Source: Atractiella rhizophila
Taxonomy: Eukaryota
Length of the DNA: 39,687 nucleotides
Direction of reading: 5' to 3'
Assembly: GCA_021432655.1 (NCBI GenBank)
Contig: MU271609.1
Location: 1-39,687, forward strand
The notes under the pieces were generated by a model. It searched no databases. It had not been told where the DNA came from and was given only the letters and a program-made list of their open reading frames with translations. Made by a program: the position numbers and the translations under genes. Below are positions 33,897 through 39,687 of this stretch, piece after piece. Positions within the stretch are counted from its first letter, which is position 1, and every line of letters starts with the position of its first letter.

Positions 33897-36137
33897 CTAG
33901 AGCTTTCTCCTTTCTGTTTCCGCTTCGAATCTCGTCACAACGGTGTCACACCTTGCTTTCACATCTGCTCCGAAATAACTATTCCACCATCCGTCATTTC
34001 CCAGGTCTGGATCGATGTATCCAGGATACCCTCTCTTCTGACCGCCCAACCGCTCCATCATAGAATTGAGGATGACATGTCCCTCCTTCGGAAGTGGCGG
34101 CTGATTGTCTGCAGTATGCACATAGAGCTGGAAGACAAGGAGGGCATCGCGATGAGAGAACGCGTTGGAAGACGGAGGAGACGAGATTGCGCCACCCCAA
34201 ATATTCGCCTTTCATCCAACTATGAGGACTCGGAACGTGATGAGAAGAAGAAAAAGCGGACTTCGATCCACCAAGATAGGTCTGTGCGAATTGACCTCGT
34301 GTAATCAAACAACCGCTTCACTTTTGTCTCGTCCAACTCTTCTCCTTCTCGATGACCGACTACAAGGGACTTAGCGTAGAAGGCGACTTTATCCTGTTCC
34401 CGAACAGTTCTTCAGAGCTCCTGAGGGACGATAAAAGGAAAGACAAACGTCTTCACGATCTGGGTCTCTCCCCAACTCCTCCAAATCGCCGTGTTCACCT
34501 GCTAAGATGCCAAGGCAACGCTTCCACTCTATCTCCTCACTCTCCTTCTTCCAACCCTCTTCAGACTTTAGGCCCAAGAAGTCTTCCATGTCTGTTTGCC
34601 AATGGACATCTTCCGAAGGGGGGCGATGATAGACGCCATGGATCTGGAGGACCTTCCCACCTGCTGCCACATCACCCCAGGTTCAAAAGCAAGAATAAAG
34701 GAAGCCAGACCTTTGAGCCTCCATTGCGGTCCGAGCTCTGGATCAACACCGATCTTTGCCCACTCCTGCCACCGCAAAAGCTGTCGCTCAAGCCATCCAT
34801 ATTCCTCTTCTCTAATTTCTCTCTCATACGAAAAATAAGTGACCGTGGTTGGTTTCGGGTAAGTGCGATATGTCAGCTCAGTGATGATGATCAACGGCGC
34901 TCCATTTGGTCTCAGGAGATATTGTCCTGCTCCTCTCAGTGCCCTATCGCGCTCCACTGATCAGCCATCTAACCTATGTATTAAGAAGGAAGCCATTCAA
35001 GCGTACCAGAACAAATCCTCATTCTCCGTCAAAGAACACACGACCTCTCCCCCATTCCATAGAACACCTTTCACGGAAAGTAGGTTGTCACAGGCCAACC
35101 CGTGCGCGCGAGACCAGAAGCCGAAACCTCCTGCGAGTCTGAAATTTCAGTCAGCAGTGCGATGGACGGAGGTGAACTTACGTGTGACCTGTTGCGCCAA
35201 CGTACGCTGCTCGATACAATAGGATGTCAGTGCCAATTCAGACGACTGAATGTAGGTGACAACAACTTTGAGGATTAATCTCCTTGTCGCTTAGCGTGAT
35301 CAAAATGCATTTGTTCGAAACGATCTCCATTGTGACCGCCGTGATGTGATCATGTTTCTTGATCGAAGGGAGAGAAGGATAGAATAGCAATCCCATGCCT
35401 CCTTTGACTAGAGGTGACAGCAGCCTACTTATGCGTCACTTGCTGACGCTACAAAGGGTTCCCTGGCACGATGCCAGCGCTGACTGTTCATCAAGAAAGA
35501 GTGAAAATATTCTTGTGTTCCAAGTGGAAAATTGAGAGCAAGCTCGTACGAACTATTTTATGTGACACAAAGACAAAATCAAGGATTAATGGATCCACTC
35601 CTATACAATGCTCAAGCACGGTTTGTGGCAAGTTGAAAGCATTGACAACATTGAACGTTGTCAATCCTTCAAAGATTTACGTGTCATAACGTCGTTTGTA
35701 TATATTGATACTGAAAGAGCTTTGGCCCAAACAGACTCACGACAAGTCCCATGAGGCATAGCTCTCCCCTCTTTGTCTAAAGCGAGTGCGATAACACCCA
35801 ATCGGGCTCCAGAGCCTACCATCACCTCTTCTCCTTGTACACGGACCCAGTTCATATCCCGGCAATCCACCACCCATTTCCCATCCGGTGTCGAAGCAGC
35901 AGCATAGGAATGACCTCCCGCTCGCGGCCAGATCGGAAGATCCACGTTTGAGGCATGCAGCGAGGAAAAGAAAGAGGATAGTTGGGCGGAGGACGATGGG
36001 CGGATTATGCCTAGTGGACGAGGGGAGAAACGGTGGGCGTAGGGTGTCGTCAAGGATGGGTATGAGGGAGAAGAGGGAGTGATGATAGGTAGGGAGAGGG
36101 AGGAGCAGAGTTGGGAGACTTTCGATGTGTCATCCAT
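33897..36137 (-). CDS. FAD-binding oxidoreductase, AA7/berberine-bridge-enzyme-like (oligosaccharide oxidase family); multi-exon
   Basis: RAGGHSY (flavinylation His), MPHGTC (Cys), GGFGFWSRAHGLACDNL, ALRGAG, FYAKSL, GYIDP..YFG. The true 3' end and the start are uncertain. No clear signal peptide from MDDTSKV. Confidence 0.85.
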
Positions 36138-36761
36138 TTGGACTGTTCCAAGCAACCGCCACGCACGAACAGCCGCTTTTATTCTCCCAAGAAAGATGAT
36201 CAGTGGTAAACGATAATTGATCCAGAGATAGTACGATGTAGAGTACGAGACAGGACAGGCGATTGCTGGCTGGACAAGACAAAATTGGCGAAATGATCGA
36301 AAGAAATGCGTGGGGGAACATTGAAATGATTACATTGTCATCGATACACTGTGGTACACATCTCAGTATTACAGCTGCATCTTATCCAGGTTAGTGCGGC
36401 CTTGGGGAGGAAGCATCGGAGGTTACAGATGACTCTCGCATCGATGATTGCTGATGTAGTTTAGTTCTGACCTGAAATACATCTTCTCGGTGTATCACAG
36501 CAAAGGATCAACCCGCAGGTAGCAACTCCGCACAGTCAGGAATAGCCTCCGTCGAGCTCTATTGGGTTTAATAACGACGAAAGCGTGCTCAGGATATCTG
36601 TGAAAGGCTAGCTACAATGAACATGTTCCGATAGAGAATGAAACCTCGAAGCCCTTTGTCTGTCGGTGGCCTTGTTTTCAGGTTACCCTTAAAAGGTGGC
36701 CAAGCCTCAGCTTCCTGACGATATCTACTTGTGGAGTATTACATTACATCGAAGGCACAAC

Positions 36762-38889
36762 ATGCTTTCTTTTCTCCTTTCTACACTCCTTGCTTCAACC
36801 ATCAATGCGCAGAATTACGGTAGTGAGCGCCTTCATGTCGCTCGTGCAGGCAAGCAGAATCATATCATCGCTCAGTATTATCCAGGCTTGTCAGCTCCTA
36901 CATCCTCGAAGGCGGACTGATATGAGTTGTAGCCTATAATTCCTTCTTCCAACCGCCTGCGAAGTTGGACTGGAACTACATTGTGAGTCGAGTCTTTCCA
37001 CTGCTCACCCGTTAAAATAGCATTGAATAGGACATCCTCTACTACTTCGATTTTCCCACCGCTCCAGACGGTATTGGAGCAAACGACGGAGGGGACGACG
37101 AATTGATCAAGACACTCGTGACTGATGCTCATACCAGTAAGCGATTTTGCATCCTGGTTACAAAGTCGGCTCAGACAAAGCTAGACAAGAAGAAGATTCT
37201 GTTCACTATCGGTGGTTGGACAGGCAGTCGGTACTTTTCTGCCTTGACTAACAACACTGCTTCTAGAACCAGTTTCGCCAATCAAATCGCAGACATGATA
37301 ACCAAGCACGGCTTTGATGGTGAGTCTACCCCCTTAGGAACAAACGCGAGTCTGATGGCTGGCAGGCGTGGACCTTGACTGGGTAAGAATGCCAGTATGA
37401 TGCATGAATTGAATTAAGAGCTTTTGTGTGTAGGAATACGTGAGTATCCTGATTCCCAATGTTTTTGGGCTTACCTGTTGTACAGCTCAACAGTGAAGGC
37501 ATTGGGTGCAACAGCCCACAGGCTAACGATACTGCAAACTTTTTGGCGTTCCTCAACCAATTGCGAACTGTCCTGGATGGTCTTCATGGCGACAAAAAGC
37601 TTCTGACCATTGCAGTTGGATTGGATGGGTGAGAACATTCGTAGTTCTGAATACGCCTGCTGATTTCCTGAGCTCCAATAGACTCGCAGATGGTGACCCG
37701 TAACCGTATAGGAGGCTTTCGTGCTAACCTTTGCAGCAGAAAACGGCGATCCTGTCAAAGATTTGAGCCCTTTCGCTGCTCCATTAGACTACGTTGTGCG
37801 TCTTTGCCGCCACTTGCCCTGTTGAGAGAGTCTGAATTCCAGCCTGCTTCTAGACCCTCATGAACGTGAGCCATCAGCTTTTTCGTAAAAGGTATGCCTC
37901 ACTGAATGGGTTTGTGTTGCCCAGTACGATGTCTGTACGTTGATTTTCTTTGACAAGGCTTTTAAAAATCTGACTAGGCTTTTAGATTGGGCCGGGTATA
38001 TCTCTCTCTCTAAATATGTAACAGGTCTAAAGAGTCTGCCCAGCGCACCAATAACTGGTCCGAATTCGCCCCTGTCTCAGGAAGGATGCTCTGATCTTCC
38101 CGATGCGACTTCCGAGTCCGCCACACAAGCTGTTAAGTTGTGGACTGACGCAGGATTTCCTGCTAAGAAACTATTACTTGTCTGCATCTCCTCCCTTCTT
38201 TTTCTGCATGCTGACAGGGAACAGGGCACCCCTGGGTATGCCAGGAGCTGGACTGCTAACAGCAAGACTCCTGTTTTATATCAGGCGGTCAAACCTGGAG
38301 CATTTCCTCACGGCGATCAGCTTGATTCCAATGGCGGATTAGATGTTTGCGGCAATGCCACAACCCCGGATGGTATCATTTTGGTTAAGAACCTTATTCA
38401 AAGCTGGAAGGTATGTTGCTGTTGCCCGTTGATGAGATGTCGCTGAATTAAACAACTAGATTTTGTCATCAGATGAGAAGAAAGGACTGAACGGATACAC
38501 GAGATGTAAGCCGCTACCGTTACTGATCGCTATCACAGGTACTAACCTGTAATATCTCTACAATCAGATTGGAGCTCCTGTACTTCAACGGTACGTTGCC
38601 TGAATAAGAATGTACAAACTGACGACCTTCTTCAGCCATACCTTTTCAACCCCAACAACCAGACAATCATAAGCTACGAAGACTCCAAGTCGACGTCTAT
38701 TAAAGCCCAATTTGTGGTGGAAAAGGGTATGGCTGGCATGTAAGCTTCCTCTTTCCTTCCTTTTGCCTTTTGGGACAGTCTGACTAGCGCTACAGGGCAT
38801 GGTTTGATTCGGAAGGTCCAACAACTTCCATGTTGAAAGCTGCTAGATCAGCTTTGTCCGGTTCGAAGACAAGTTCAGGTTGCAACTAA
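36762..38889 (+). CDS. Secreted GH18 chitinase; many small exons
   Basis: Signal peptide MLSFLLSTLLASTINA; KILFTIGGWTGSRYFS; HGFDG-VDLDW-EY-LNSEGIGCN; LDYV-TLMN-YDV; WTDAGFPAKKLLL-GTPGYARS; ISYEDSKS. Confidence 0.92.
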
Positions 38890-39121
38890 ATCCCTCTAGT
38901 CGCTCTCGATGTTTGCCGAATACATGAGTATTCTCCGTTGGCCAGCGCCTGATCGTACTCTTTCAAATATCTTTGGAGCCCAAGACGGGGTCCAAAAGGT
39001 GAGTAGATAACGAGAAAGGAGTCCTTCCATTGCAAGTCCAGTAATAAGTAAGGCGAGAAAAGCAACAATATATTACAGTAATATACATGGATATCAACCG
39101 GGTCATGTCATGAATTTTGCC

Positions 39122-39687
39122 CTAAGCAAGCCTCGCAGGACTAGGTTGAGCGGATGAAATTCTAGATCCACCACTCTTGAGGAGACCGCCCTGCCTATTT
39201 CTCCTAACAGCATCGATAATACCCCACTGCCATCTCTCCGCCCATTCCTCCTCTCCCATGCCTTCCTCCCAAAACCAACCTTCGGGAAAGTTGCCCGCCG
39301 GCCTAACAAGTCTCGCCCCTTCCTCCGCTCCCCGTTCCCAACTATTCCTTAACAATGCTAACGCCTCTTCGCCAGACGTGACATTTTCGGAACCTTTGAT
39401 AAACCTCCATTGACGGATTGGGAATCCAATACGGACGGTAGTGTAGCGCGAACCAAAGAAGAGACGGAGGAGAAGCATGATAGGATAGACCAATAGGATT
39501 GTGAGGATAACTCGTATGGGGATAGGTAGAGTGAAGACCTTGTTCCACTTCGAGGAGCCAGAAACGGAGATTCTTGACGATGTGTAGGTCCAGGTGATGG
39601 CGATCTCTCCGGAATAAGGTGCTTGATTCCGAATAATCTCGCCTATCATCCTCTCCGCCTCTCGGAAGTCAAACCCGAAGACTTTCT
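39122..39687 (-). CDS. 3' part of an uncharacterised membrane protein, paralog of 22679..24219; runs off the window
   Basis: ILTILLVYPIML, VRIGF..WRFIKGSENVTSGEEALALL, GNFPEGWFWEEG align with LLWITLIYPLVL, VRVGV..WRFIEGSEDVNSTQEAFELL, GDFHKGWYVREG. Confidence 0.75.
   Translation of the reverse strand, partial: KVFGFDFREAERMIGEIIRNQAPYSGEIAITWTYTSSRISVSGSSKWNKVFTLPIPIRVILTILLVYPIMLLLRLFFGSRYTTVRIGFPIRQWRFIKGSENVTSGEEALALLRNSWERGAEEGARLVRPAGNFPEGWFWEEGMGEEEWAERWQWGIIDAVRRNRQGGLLKSGGSRISSAQPSPARLA

Larger units (their letters stand above)
29367..34396. repeat. Tandem segmental duplication, units 29367-31885 (2519 bp) and 31886-34396 (2511 bp)
   Basis: Both units start aatcacatcatttcgtggcccag and end ggcgactttatcctg. 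Identical ORF translations are offset by 2519 nt (29374/31893, 29733/32252). Confidence 0.97.

Noticed and set aside
36130..36321. 63-aa hydrophobic ORF as the signal peptide of the FAD oxidase
   Set aside because: It is in a different frame from the oxidase ORF, and I could not identify a convincing intron joining them; it remains possible.

Overview
Eukaryotic, intron-dense fungal DNA. It looks basidiomycete: introns are mostly about 50-65 nt, many donors are degenerate GTxxGT/GTxxGC, and there are many microexons. The taxon is inferred, not verified. About 18 protein-coding loci can be supported: an F-box protein, ARP2, a mitochondrial-type double-hotdog acyl-CoA thioesterase, an Sds3/Dep1-like chromatin protein, a GH93-type BNR hydrolase, a fatty-aldehyde-type ALDH, a Yar1-like ankyrin protein, Rcf1/HIG1-like, Cbp3-like, a HAD phosphatase, two copies of a DUF6533-like membrane protein, an AA7/BBE-type FAD oxidase, a GH18 chitinase, and several uncharacterised proteins. 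Three duplications are visible: 1-200 = 4637-4836 next to an N gap, a 200-bp tandem duplication inside ALDH, and a ~2.5-kb tandem duplication whose junction fuses the membrane protein in frame to the C-terminal part of the FAD oxidase. Other notable signals are a 6-nt microexon carrying the chitinase catalytic Glu, a head-to-head oxidase/chitinase pair, a palindrome-rich intergenic motif cluster, three unusually long introns, and apparent single-base frameshifts. No rRNA, tRNA, CRISPR array or intact transposase was recognised. Exon boundaries were read by eye. The duplications and frameshifts may be assembly or haplotype artefacts.
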